This document shows, in pieces, positions 26,010-38,571 of a stretch of 64,000 nt of DNA. Position 1 is the stretch's first letter, and each line of letters opens with the position of its first letter. Source of the DNA: Camelus dromedarius (lineage: Eukaryota); contig NC_087436.1 of assembly GCF_036321535.1 (NCBI RefSeq), positions 62,312,001-62,376,000 on the forward strand, written 5' to 3'. The notes under the pieces are model-generated. The model was not told the DNA's origin. It saw nothing but the letters and a program-made list of their open reading frames with translations, and did no database searches. The translations under genes and the position numbers were made by a program.

Positions 26010-27796
26010 ACCTCTCTGGCACTGTGGTTTATGGAGTATCAGTTGTCTATTTTGGTCCTTAAGGAGTTTATCTATCTAATGCCTATTTAGGAATAGAACT
26101 TAGGAAAAAAAGAAAAAAATAAGAGAGAGAGAGAAAGAATTTTAAAAGAAGGGAGAAAGAAGGTTTGAAAACAGTGTATAATGAATAATAGAAGAGCGAG
26201 TTGAAGCAGAGTATCAATCGGGTTGAGACGTCCTTTTAAAACCTTTTAAAAAAAAAGGGGGGGGGGAGATGAATAGATGTATTTGAAACCTGTGTCTAAT
26301 CAATAACAGGACATCAAAACCCAAGAGAAATAGAAATGAATTAAGAAGTAAAAATTAAGAGGGTAATAGAAAATAGAACAGGTAAAAACAGATTTAAAAA
26401 AAAGGGGGGGGTTGTCGGTGTTCTGCTGGAGTCTGTGTGCTTTTAATGTGAAGTCTTTCTGTCTTCGTCCTGTTTTGGAAGCTCAGCTTGCTGTTTTCAG
26501 AGGCCCTCCGTTGGCACCCTCTTCTGTGCTGCTCCCAGTGCCTGTCGGCAAGCAGATCGCGCCTCCTCCTAACACTGGGTCAGGTGTAGCTCTCCTCTGC
26601 TGTGGGTGGATGCGTCACTGCCCCTCCCGATGCTTCAGTCAGATGTTGCAGACTGGCCGGGTAGGAGGGGGGGTTGCGCCCCCTCCCAACACTGGGTCAG
26701 GTGCAGCTCTTCTTTGCTGTGGGTGGACGTGTCACTGCCCCTCCCGATGCCGCAGTCAGATGTTGCAGACTGGCCGGGTAGGAGGGCGGGTCGTGCCCCC
26801 TCCCAGCACCTCAGTCAGGGGCTGTGTTCCTGCCCGAAAGGCGGGGGGCCGCTCTCCCTCTCCCTGCGCAGGTAGCTCCGCTGCTCTGTGCGGCTGCGCG
26901 CTCCATCCTGGTCCGCGCTCCGCAGGTGGGCTTGGGGAAGACTGAGGGATAGCCTTGTCCCTGCTGCAGGCCAAAGCTCAGCTCCTTGTTTGTCTTTGTG
27001 GAGCAAGTTCTCTGAGGGACCAGGATGGAAGGATCCTATCTGCCTCGGACTGTAGGCAAGTCTCAGTCTGGCCTTTGAGGCTACTAAGCCCTTTGGTGCG
27101 GATGCAGGTTTCGCCCCCGCCACCGCCTGGATGCTAAGGGCCAGAGGATATGGCGGCTGTGCCTGAGCCCCGCCTCTCTTCCCCCGAAAACTTTCAGCGG
27201 GTTTTCAGAGATGGGGGTATATACCCTTCCCCCCAGGGCATATCAACCTTGCTGTTTTATGGAGGGCCCAGATTGTTCTGCCCTGTGCACCCACAGCCGT
27301 GGCGCGCAGCCCCTTACAGTCCCTCGGGGGTGTCTCAGTGCAGCCGCCCCCGTACTCTGCCCTACTTGTGCAGCCTGGCCCTGCCCGCCGCTGCCGGCCC
27401 GCGTCTCAGGCTGGGTGTCGGGGGGACCCTCTGTGCCTGTTTAACTTAGTTCTGTCAGTCAAGGGCTGCTCCATATAGATCCGAGCCTCAGAGGCTCCCC
27501 CTCCGTCCCGCTGGCCTCTCAGTTGGAGAGGGGAGACCCAGCGAGCGAGCGCCAGTCCTCCTTTGCCACTCCCTACCCGCGGGACCCGTCCCGCTCTGCT
27601 TTGCCGTTTGTTCTTTCTTTTTTCCTTTTCTCCTACCAGATTTTTGGCGTCTTTATCTTTTGAAGAGGGCGATGTTCTGTCGGAGTTCGCAGGTGCTCTG
27701 GTTGGCTGAGTGGGTCTGTGGATGTGGGTCTTGGTGCATTTGTGGGAGAGAGTGAGATGCGAGCGTCCTTCTACTCCGCCATCTTCTCTCTCCAGC
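26010..27796 (-). promoter_or_regulatory. L1 5'UTR / internal Pol II promoter, CpG-rich at ~26500-27790, with a 5'-terminal YY1-like motif
   Basis: This is the only CpG/GC-rich segment in the window. AAGATGGCGG (minus strand, 27776-27785) lies ~12 nt from the 5' end, in the position of the YY1 site of mammalian L1s. Confidence 0.85.
26561..26820. repeat. 117-bp tandem repeat (~2.2 copies) within the L1 5'UTR
   Basis: aacactgggtcagg at 26571 and 26688, with a degenerate third start at 26805 (spacing 117/117). Confidence 0.92.
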
Positions 27797-28184
27797 GATT
27801 CAGACTTTTCTGACCTTAAGTTGTGAAGAATTTCTTTTTAAGCAAATGTATTATGTTATAAACTTTAAAACTTTTTGCATAATTGGAATTAATTTTTTAA
27901 AAATATTTTTTATTCTTCTAAATTTTTTGGATATTTATATTCTGGTTAGGTTTTGAAACCACAGATTTTGCATAACTATGGATTATTTTGTGTATAAGTC
28001 ATTTTATGATGATATTATACCCTGTACTTTAAATGAAAATAATTCAAATATGAGTTCACTTATAGCCTGTAGTATCTTCATACTATAACATTTGAAGTTA
28101 TGGGTGCTTAATTACTTTGTTGTAAATTGATGTGCAGTTAACACTGAAGTAACAAATGAGTTGAATTACTGTTTGCCTACTACA

Positions 28185-28600
28185 TCTGTCAAGATTAATT
28201 AGGATATAGTCTGTTATTCAATAATCCAAAAATCTCAGATATAGCACACCAAAGACTATTACTTGCTCATGAAATGCTAGGAAAACCTCTGGACACTTGT
28301 CTTCCATGAGTCATGATGGAGGCTAGGAATGCCTTCACTATTTCACTATTGAGCCTTCACTGAGTTGAGAATACATCACTGAGTTGTGTTGACTAGGTGT
28401 CTTTCCCATTCACTGTGATAGGTTACAGAAGCCTGGAGGGTCTCAAATTATCAATTGAATACTTTGACTAAAAGACAATATATATAAAACCTCTGACCCA
28501 AACCCACTATCCAACACTAATCATATTCCTACTTCCAACTGCATGAAACTGGGAAATACAGTTTTCCACGTACCCTAGAGATGTGGAGAGATATTATATT
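28185..28600. mobile_element. Old MLT1/MaLR-like LTR remnant
   Basis: tctgtcaagattaattaggatat...aataatccaaaaatctcag...aaagactattacttgctcatg...aactgcatgaaactgggaaatacagt. Confidence 0.45.
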
Positions 28601-29273
28601 AGAAATAACTACTGCCCATCAAAACATTGGTCTATGTTTAGTTAACTTGAACAGATATTCCTCTGTCATTACCTGTTGCAAAATAAGAACTTGTAAGCTA
28701 TTAAGTAAGTAAATTTTTTCTTATAAATTGGACACCAAGCATTTTTCAATTCTTTCTAGACTTAAGGATATCATTATATTTAGAGCATTATTTGTTAGAA
28801 AATTTGTTATATAAACATTATTTTAAAGAATCAATACACTATGAAAGAATCCAGCATATTCATGTAAGTGGCAGCATGTGGTTTACTATATTAAACAATG
28901 TTAAAGTGATTTTTAATATATGAAAAGAAATCATACATCTAAAATTTTAATGATTGATTTCCCTCAATTTCATAATTATGAACAATAGTTATAATTTGAA
29001 TCATATATTAATTATACTCATTTTTAATTGCTAGTTCAACTCTTTTCTCATTTTTTCCCTTTGTATTAAATATTAAATAGTATTTCTCTGGCTAAATGGA
29101 GAGAAGGATATCCACCTGGTGTTGAATGAGATTGCATAAGCATCAATAGAACTCTTTTTTACACAAGGTTTAAAGAAAATTTAAGACTAAAATTCATAGC
29201 ATTTTGTTAGGTGATAGAACTGGGAAAAAATACCAAAGAAACTTATACATGTTCTTTCTGTAAATGATCTGAC

Positions 29274-29318
29274 AGAGATCAGAAAATAACTGATATGAAA
29301 GAGATCAGAAAATAACTG
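29274..29318. repeat. 19-bp direct repeat, period 26
   Basis: agagatcagaaaataactg at 29274-29292 and 29300-29318. Confidence 0.85.
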
Positions 29319-29734
29319 TGGGCAGGCCATGAAGAGCAGAATTACTTAGATGTTCGTAATAAGCCGCAGAAACATTTGCCTCTAGTGTGTAACCCACACA
29401 TCTTGGCTGCTATAATGGGGGAATAAATATAGGTTTTCAACTTCTTTATTTCATGCCTGCTACTTGGAGAATACAACTCAATTCTATGGGAAAATTATGA
29501 GGAATGAAAAATTTTTAATTTAGATTTTTTCTTTCTCAGTAACTAAAGCAATGTCTAGTGTGCCTTTTCATTTATTTCATCTGAATTGTGTTTGACCCAA
29601 GAAGCATTTGTCCAATAGTACAACACAGTCTTCTTTATTAAGATTGCTATGTAATCTTTAATGGTTTTCTTACTGAGTTTTTCTTAGGAAACTCTTCAAT
29701 TTTCAAAAGATAAATTTTTTGTCTATATATATAC

Positions 29735-29904
29735 TTTTATTGAAGTATAGTTTACAATGTTGTGTCAATTTCTAGTGTACAGCCTAATGCTTCAGTCATA
29801 CATATACATACATATATATATTTTCATATTCTTTTTCACCAAAGGTTACTACAGGATATTGAGTATAGTTTCCTATGCTGTACAGTATGAACTTGTTGTT
29901 TATC

Positions 29905-29949
<45 letters not shown>

Positions 29950-30105
29950 TTAGTATCTGCAAATCTCAAACTCCCAGTTTATCCCTTACCACCTCCTTTC
30001 CCCCAGTAACCATAAGTTTGTTTTCTATGTGAATCTGTTTCTGCTTTGTAAATAAGTTTGTTTGTCTTTTTTTTTAGATTCCACATGTAAGTGATAGCAT
30101 ATGAT
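29735..30105 (-). mobile_element. 5'-truncated L1 3' end with an internal (AT)n expansion (~29910-29945)
   Basis: tttattgaagtatagtttacaatgttgtgtcaatttc...ttagattccacatgtaagtgatagcatatg, the ORF2 terminus motif. Confidence 0.88.
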
Positions 30106-30789
30106 GTTTAATGAGCAAATATAGCTAGAAGGCTGGGTTCGATAGAAATGTGACAATAACTAGCTATAAGACTTTGGAAATGTCTCATATACTCAATGAA
30201 ATTCACTATGGTTACATGAAAGTGAAAATTGCTGGATAATCTCCAAGAGCCCTTATATTTCCTTTATTTGATTCATAGTCCAGGGAATGGACATTTGTCA
30301 TCAAGACATTGCTAAATAAAATTTTAGCATTTCACTACACCTGATTAGAGGAATGTCACAAGGATAAGTCAGCACAGAATACCAGGTAGTCACCATTGAA
30401 ATAAGTAATCATAGAGAGAGTTTAAATTCTCTACCGTAGAAAATGCTAGGGAGATTTATTTGTGCATTCTATAAAGGGAGAATAAAACAGAATGTTAAAT
30501 AAAACTTAAATATTTTATTTATTGATGACTACCTACTTCATGGCCCATTCCCCCCCCAAAAAAATTTAACTAAGTTCAAATCATCTTATAATGAAATCTA
30601 TATGCCTACTGTTTAATTATCTTTATTTAACATTTTGTTGTACATATTTTATCACATATCTATCCCTGTCAATAACTTTAAATTAATCCATCTTATTTTA
30701 AAGTTTATTTCAAAGTAAATTATAGACATTAATATACTTCCATAAATATACCAGCATGCTTATCATACATAGGATTCATTCTTTGTTTA

Positions 30790-32390
30790 GAATAATTTTC
30801 CCTTGTTGGATGTAACATTTATACACAATGACTGCAAGATTTGCAATGATTACAAAATACACAGATTGCAAGTGTACTTCTACTTTGTTTCAACAAATGT
30901 ATACATCTGTGTAAAACAATCCTCTATCAAAATATAGAATGTTATCATAAACCCAGAATGTCTTCTCATTCCCCTCCCCATCAGCCAGGCTATCACCCCC
31001 CAAGACACAACCACTATTCATATTCCTTTCATTTGTAGAATAGTTTTACTTGTTCTAGAATTTCAAATATGGAATCATGGAGTAAGTATACTTTACATAA
31101 AGCTTTTGTCATTTGGTGTAATGTTTTTAAGATTTATTCACATTGTTACATATGTTAGTAATTTATTTATTTTTATTATCAAATGTGAATCTACAGTATA
31201 AATATGAATTAATTTATTAATACATTCTTCTATTGATGGGGACACTTGATCTGTTTTCATTTTGAGGCTATTTTAAACAAAGCTGTTATAAGCATTCTTA
31301 TATGTCTTTTTGTGAACATATATATATATACATACATATGTGTTTATACATACATATACACACATATTTTTAAGATAAATATCTTATAGTGAAATAATGA
31401 ATCTTGGTGTTGCCATATATTTTGTATTATGAAACCCCACAAAACTACTACCCAGTGTGGTTTTGCAATTTTGCATTTCCAACCATACTCTACAAGAGTT
31501 TCAATTGTTATACTTCCTCAATAGCATACAGTTGTTACTCTTTTTAATTTTAATGTCTTGATGGTATTAAGTAATATCTAATTATTGTCTCAACTTTCAT
31601 TTTTCTAATAACTAATAATATTGAGTAGTGTTTCATTTGTTTTTTGGACATTTATGTATTTTTTTAGGTAATGTGTCTGTGCAAACTATTAGGCTATTTT
31701 TCTACTGGATTGTGTGACTCATATGAGTTCTTTATGTGTCTTTATACCAGCCCTTCATCAAATAGACTGTTAATATTTTCCTGAATCTGTGATTTGCCTA
31801 TTTATTTTTCTGTGTCTTTTGTTGAGTAAAAATATTTAATTTTAAGTCCTTTTTATAAAGTTTTTTCTTTATAGTTATTGCTTTCTGTGACCTGTCTACA
31901 AAAGGATTGCCTAATCCTAACTTATGGAAATATTTTACTAATTTTTCTATTAAATACATTACAGTTTTAACATTGGGTTGTTTTGATACCTCTGACAAAT
32001 ATCAGATGGATATATGAGTCTGTTTCTGGGTCTCTATTCTGGGCTCTCATTGATCCAATTTTTAATCTCTATTCTCTTCCACATTGTCTTCATTAATGTA
32101 TGTTTTTATTACATTTTGGAGTAAGGCAGTAAGAGTCTTAGAAACACTCTTCTTTTCCAAGATAGTCTTGGATTTTCTAAAGCCCTTTTTGTTTCCATAT
32201 AAATTTTATAATCAGTTTGGAAATTTCAACAAGAACAGTAACAAAAAGGATGCTGGGATGATATTTGTGACTGTATTAGATTTAGAGCTCAGTTGAACAA
32301 AAATTGGCATCTTAGCAATATTGAATCATCTAATCCAACATATATTTTTCTCCATTCTCTTAGATTTTTAAGTTTCTTTCAATAATAAGT
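30790..32390 (-). mobile_element. Ancient L1 (L1ME-like) 3' region
   Basis: Antisense L1 motifs (tatggaatcat, ttctattgatgggg, tctgtttctgggtctct, gtttccatataaattttataatcagttt). Confidence 0.65.
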
Positions 32391-32599
32391 CTTGATAAAC
32401 ACTTCAGAATTTTAGTCAGAATCCCAGGAATCATGCCTTAGGAGGTAGGGCCACCTAGGTATAAGGTCTTTACCCTCCAAATAAATTTTTACTTGAATAA
32501 AATAATCCTGAAGAGTAAGTAGAAACTGAAATAGACAGGCATATAAAACCAAAAACTAACATTAGACAAAAGGATTTGTTTCAAGCTCAAATTAGATTG

Positions 32600-33240
32600 A
32601 CCAAATGCTGACAAGTAGATGAAGCTACTAAAACTCTTATGCATTGCTTTAAAGACATAAATTGCTACAACTACTCTAGGAAACTCTAGCAGAATCTATT
32701 CAAATGTTTACTTACACTACAACTCACAGTATCAATCCTAGATATGTACCTCAAGACACTGAAACTATGTCAACCAATTAAACAAACTGTAACAACAGTT
32801 TTATTCATAATAGTTCCAACAGGGAAACAACCTAAATGTCTATCCTCAGAAAAATGGGTAAAAGTGTTTTGGTGAATTCACACAATGTCATAGTACACAT
32901 AAGTGAAAGAGAATGAACTACTGATAACATAAAAGCATAGATAAATTTCAAAGAAGTAATGAGAGAAGGCAGGGATAAAAGACTATATTCTGTATGACTA
33001 TTTATATTGCATTCATATACAGAAAGAACTGATCTATGGTCATACAGGTCAAAGACATGGTTAATTTGAGCAACATATCGTCTGGAAAGTGATGCGAGGG
33101 AGCCTTCTTGGGTACTGAAAATGCTCTCTATCCTAACTTAGTGACTATATGGGTATATAAAACATATAATATTAATTTAGCCTAGGGCTAAGATTCATGC
33201 ACTTTACTGTGTGCAAAATATACAGTACAGCAGTTTAAAC
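32600..33240 (+). mobile_element. Ancient L1ME-like 3' end
   Basis: ttattcataatagttccaacagggaaacaacctaaatgtc...aatgaactactgata...ttctgtatgact...aagattcatgcactttactgtgtg. Confidence 0.65.
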
Positions 33241-35176
33241 AGAAAAAAATAACACATAGACTAATTAAATTCCAAGTTTTCTCTCCATCCTATTCAGAAC
33301 ATAGGCAGCTCTTTGGTAAGCAAAGGATCAGATGATTCTTATGAGGAAAAAGCAAAGAGCCCTAGAGAAAAAACTTCCATCTACTGAAATCTGGGAAACA
33401 TTCCATTAAAAGAGTTGGTGCTTCAGAATATACCCAACCCGTTGACTAGCTCCATTCCTGTACTAAATTCCTGTAATTACTTTAGTACTTTCTTTTTAAT
33501 TTAAAGAGATAATCAAGGATCAGAAGTTCTAAGAGAAAATATACAAACATAAAAATCTGAATAAAATAATTCAGAGGAAACAATGCTATTTGAAAGAACA
33601 GATCTTAAAAAATAATAGTATGATAAGCAGGATGACAAAGGAAAGTCTGGCATCAATTTAAGAACAAATGCAGGGTTTTGTGAAAAGATAAATGAAAGGA
33701 GGCTGTTAGGGAAAAAAGTAATAGCCAAAACAAACAAAACTTTTCAATAGAAGAATTGAAAGACAATGCTAAGTAAATTCCCAAAAGACAGTGAAAAAAG
33801 ACAAATAGAAAATATAGTAAGATAGTTAGAAAATTATTAGAAGAGTTCCAGTGTCAGAATGCTGTATCATCTAAGACAGAACAATACATGAGAGAAGAGT
33901 AATATACCAAAGTAGCTGTGAGTAAAACTTCCCAAGGACTAAAGATCAAGTGTATCATGGAAAAAAGACCCACATTGGAAGACAGAATACAAAGAAGGCA
34001 TGCTAGGAAAGTGATTTTCAGTCTAGAAATTATATCTAGCTATACACTTCAAGTGTAAAGGCAAAGTAAGGACATAAGATGATTCAGAAAAATTTCCTCC
34101 CATACATGCCTTCCTAGGAAACTACAAGAGGATGTGTTCTAGCAAGTCAAAGAAATAAACTAGACCCAGAAGAAATAGAGTTCAGAAAATGAGACCCTAA
34201 CAAATGATAGCAGATTGGAGAAATTCCAAGGTTGCAGCTGCTCTTCAATCATAGAGAGCAAAACATCCAGATTAAAGCAGAAGAACCTCAGTTGATTCCA
34301 GGATGCCAACTGCAGACCATTGATTCACTGAGCGATACACTAGACAAGTTCAGCCATAAATTTCTATCAGCAGCATGCACATAGCACACCAAAAGCCCAG
34401 ACCTGTTTGCTGCCACTAAAAAGAATTTATGTTACACGGTAGCCTGGAAAATGAAAAGCTGTAGGGAAATAAACCCCTGATATATTGTTTATTAACTATG
34501 ATATCTTCTATCTTGATTCTTCTATATTATAAATCTTAACAGAAATGATCAATAGTCTCTAACATAGTAATTTGGTAAAAAACAAGACAAAACAAAACCC
34601 TACTTTAAAATTTTCCTTTGATTTTATTAAATAGAGCATATGACTGTAATAAAAATGTGGTGGCAATGGATAAAAATTACTTATACTTAATAGAATAAAT
34701 ACATTAATATATTAATAGAATAAATAATAGAAATTTTAAAATATCATTTCAAGTTTCTAAATTAACAATGGAAGAAATGAACAGATTTATTGAGAGGTTG
34801 GATGTGGAACATAGACAAGTTGATACATGAAGAAATAATAGTTTAATCATATAATTTTGAGATACTCAGGTGATTATCTAGAGTACTAAGAACAAGAATG
34901 CTTTGACTGCTACTTGGTAAAGAAAGGCAGGTGATGGGATATTGATATTTGCTATATTTGACTATGAACCATTTATAATAAGATTTTTAAAAGAATATGT
35001 ATACATTTTTATTAATTTTTTAAAATAAGCAAAAGAATCACGATTTTACAGACCTCAGGGAAGACAGGAAAACTTTACTTTTATGTTATTTTGTTATACT
35101 TGAATTTTGTATTGTATGTAACTTTTCATTCAAGACTGTTTTAAATTAAATATATATTGTTTCCCTTGTCTTAGAG

Positions 35177-35480
35177 CAGAGATTACAAACTACAACTCTT
35201 TGGTAAATCTGTTTTACTTTTTGTTTTTTACATGGCCTGCAAACAAAATTTTTTTTTATTTTAAACACTTGTAAATATTTGAAAACATTAAAATAAGAAT
35301 AACGTTTTATAATAATGTATGAAATTCAAATTTCGATCTCTATACATACATCCACACTCATTCATCTGCATACTGTTTATGTCTGCTTCTGGGCTGCAAT
35401 GTCAAGTTTGATTAATTGTGATAGAGGGAAAGCCTTAAATATTTACTTTCCCACCTTTTACAAAAATGTTTGCCAACCTG
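35177..35480. mobile_element. MER58-like hAT-Charlie DNA transposon relic
   Basis: Degenerate TIRs cagagattacaaac...gtttgccaacctg. 8-bp TSD-like tcttagag (35169-35176) / ccttagaa (35481-35488). Internal aaagccttaaatatttact. Confidence 0.75.
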
Positions 35481-35574
35481 CCTTAGAAGGTAATTCCTAG
35501 AAGCCTCTAATAAGACCAATTTTCCTAATTAAAAAAAAAATCATTTTTGAAAATGTTGATGCACAATGAATATA

Positions 35575-35628
35575 CATGTATGTGTGTATGTGTGTGTATA
35601 TATATATACACATATATACATATATATA
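35575..35628. repeat. (TG)/(TA) compound microsatellite
   Basis: Seen directly in the sequence. Confidence 0.8.
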
Positions 35629-35944
35629 TTTGAAAGCCAATATTTATGTAGCTGAATCTTTAAAAAGAATAAAGATGTAAGAGATTATGAAAATTATGCA
35701 AATAATTCAAACTATGGCACAAATTAGGAGAGACTTAAAGCTATTAGAGCCAACTGTAAAATATAAAATTACCAAATGGTGCCTTTAACTCTGAGGACAC
35801 TCAAATTTTGGGCATGGAAAAGCTAAAATGATTCTCATAAAAGAGAAAATATGACTAATTAGCAAAATGATGATATTAAAAGATAATTCTCATACAATTG
35901 AAATCTGACCATACAAGTACATACAAGTTGGTAGATTCTAAGAT

Positions 35945-35946
<2 letters not shown>

Positions 35947-35990
<44 letters not shown>
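35947..35990. repeat. (AC)22 perfect microsatellite
   Basis: Uninterrupted ac repeats. Confidence 0.95.
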
Positions 35991-35993
<3 letters not shown>

Positions 35994-38368
35994 CATTCCT
36001 GCCTTGGGGAGCAGATCATAATATGCATAAGATAAAATTCTGCTTTAGGCATTTTATGTGTGGATTATAAGAAAAAAGGGGAAGATCCTGAGGAAGAAGA
36101 GGTTTGAAGATTTGTGGTTCCCTTAGTGGGAAACTATAACATTACTGTATTTGCCTTGATTTTCTTATAATATTTTCATTTACTTGTGTTCTATGGAATA
36201 ATTTAATGGCTTATTTTGTTTCCTTTACAACATCTAATTTTATACTACAAAAATAAGGAGATTAAGGAAAAATACTGGTGTGTGCACAAATAAAGAAAAC
36301 AGAGTGTAGTTTCAGTAAGATGAAACTAGTTTTATTCACATTTTATCATAAAGCATTCTCTATTAACTGGTGTCGCTATACTTCTATACTGTAGAGAAAA
36401 TTGAACTTCATGATAATGATTCTAATGTTCTGTAAACTTGGGATGAAGCTTTAGAGTCATTATATTCTCTTAAAAATATACTTTGAGAGTTTCTTTTAAT
36501 CATAGCAAGAGAGGATATATTCAAAGATAGAAGCAAATAAGCATAAGTGGTAGTTCTTTAGTTTAGATTTCATTATTGTTATTTCTCTAGTCTAGGTATC
36601 ATCATCTTGAAACTAAGTGACTTCTTAAAAGACATACGTGGATTAGTGACAGGGAGATGTCACATTTACCGATAAATAATAATCAGTAGTTTACTGGAAA
36701 TAATATCCAGCTTGTATAAAAAAATTCCAAGTAAGTTATCAAATTAAATGGTTATTATATTTGTATTAATAATGATCATTTATTATGTTCTAATTACTTA
36801 GTAAAAATTCAGATACAAAATATGATAATTTTATGTGTCTAGAATACTAGATTTCCTAGAATATCTATCTCTTCAGTCTGATAGCAAACTGTATATGCAA
36901 TATTGGGTTGGACATCATGGATATCAAAGCAAAATCACAACAAAATTTTGTTATGTGATGATGCTCTCCATTCCCTGTACGCCAGTCCAAAGAATCTTTT
37001 AACTGACTTCTGGAGGGCTGCTCTACAAGTTCTCTTGAATATTCCTAAGTTCATCACAGAGTTAATTCACCATTAACTCTTAAACGTATAGTAAAGCCAT
37101 TTCTCTACTTTTCATAGTCTCTAAAATTCATTTTTCTGAAGGAAGTTTGGAAACTAAATCAATATGTAATATAGGAGTTTTTAATACTAGCAAACCAATG
37201 CAATGAGGAATAGAACTTAGAGGATCTGTTTACACTGCTCATACTAATCCTTAATCTTCATGTACATTACTTAGAATTTCACATGACTTGTCATAGTTCA
37301 TTTAAATTTCTCATAATGAATATTTGTTGCTATAATAAGCTTAGTATCTACCCAGTATTTCTGCAAATGAAATTTAATTGTCTCCTTGAGAAACTTCACC
37401 TTTTTACTTAGTCCATTCATATGGTTCATGAAGTATTAATACCTTCCTGTGACAAATATACATATACATATTTATGTTGGGTACATGACGTAACTCTATC
37501 ATAAAGACTTTTTTCATCTCAAAGGTGTGGCAATTAGGTCCAGTAAGACCAGTGCCCAAAGTTGTCAAAATAAACCTCTGTGTGGAGAACCATGAGAAAG
37601 ATATGGTCTCATTCTCTTGTAATATGTTTGTTAACAGTAAAAATAAGTCCAGAATTGCCAGAAGTCCTCAAATGCGTATGATTCAATCCAACACAGATGG
37701 AAGTAGAAAGCTAGAAATTTATTTCTTATGACACTGAACTTCTAAACTTTAAGTAATGCCTGAGTTAGTTGTCTCTTCAAACTTGTGCTTCTACATTACC
37801 AACCAAAAAGATCTTAACATAGGGGTTAAACAGGAGAATGCCATTGACTACTTTTGATAGTGAGCTTGGCTAAGTTAGGGAGAAGGCTAGAGATTCCAAG
37901 CTGTGAGAGTGACAGTACATTTTACATGGAAGCAAAATGGCAGCTTAAGCTATCTCACCCATTGTACCCAGGAGCTTATATTTTGAAGGCATTTATCAGA
38001 TAAATATTGGACTTTTGGAGACTCTTTACTAATTGTTGTATCTTTAAGTAAGGTCTTACCAAAAAAAAAAAAAAAAATAGACCAACTTTGGTTAAATCTG
38101 GCCCATGGGAAAGCACAGAGAAAATAGAAAGCTTTACTGGTGTAACATGGATAGTCTCAGTGGCATTCACTAGCAGAGTCTTCTACAGATGAACCTTGTA
38201 GTATTTTAAACCTTAAGGATTGAGGATTCTCCATCCATCCATTAAGGATGTATGCAATAAAACTGGAAGCTGGGAGAACCCTGGCTATGCTACCCATAAA
38301 TATATATTTTTTTCATTTTCCTTTTACGATGACAAAAAGTAACTCTTTCTTTTGTTTTTAACTCTCAC

Positions 38369-38571
38369 TTTTTTTTATTGATTTATAATCATTTTACAAT
38401 ATTTTGTCAAATTCCAGTGTAAAGCATAATTTTTCAGTTATACATGAACATATATATATTCATTGTCACATTTTTTTCTCTGCGAGCTACTATAAGATCT
38501 TGTGTATATTTCCCTGTGCTATACGGTATAATCTTGTTTATCTATACTACAATTTTGAAATCCTGTCTATA
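38369..38571 (-). mobile_element. ~200-bp 3' end of the young L1 family
   Basis: Closely similar to 20590-20790 and 7030-7230. Probable TSD taactctcac (38359-38368) / taactcttac (38572-38581). Confidence 0.9.

Larger units (their letters stand above)
20559..27796 (-). mobile_element. Full-length LINE-1 (~7.24 kb), non-autonomous as sequenced
   Basis: Perfect 15-bp TSD gattcagacttttct at 20544-20558 and 27797-27811, target TTCT/GA. A-rich tail and AATAAA (20591-20596, minus strand). 5'UTR, ORF1, spacer, ORF2 and 3'UTR are all present in order. Confidence 0.98.

Noticed and set aside
26561..26820. Regularly spaced repeats as a CRISPR-like array
   Set aside because: Contiguous tandem units with no unique spacers, in a eukaryotic L1 context, with no cas genes.
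37517..37731. Possible + strand exon after ttttttcatctcaaag
   Set aside because: Weak acceptor, no clear donor and an unrecognisable peptide.
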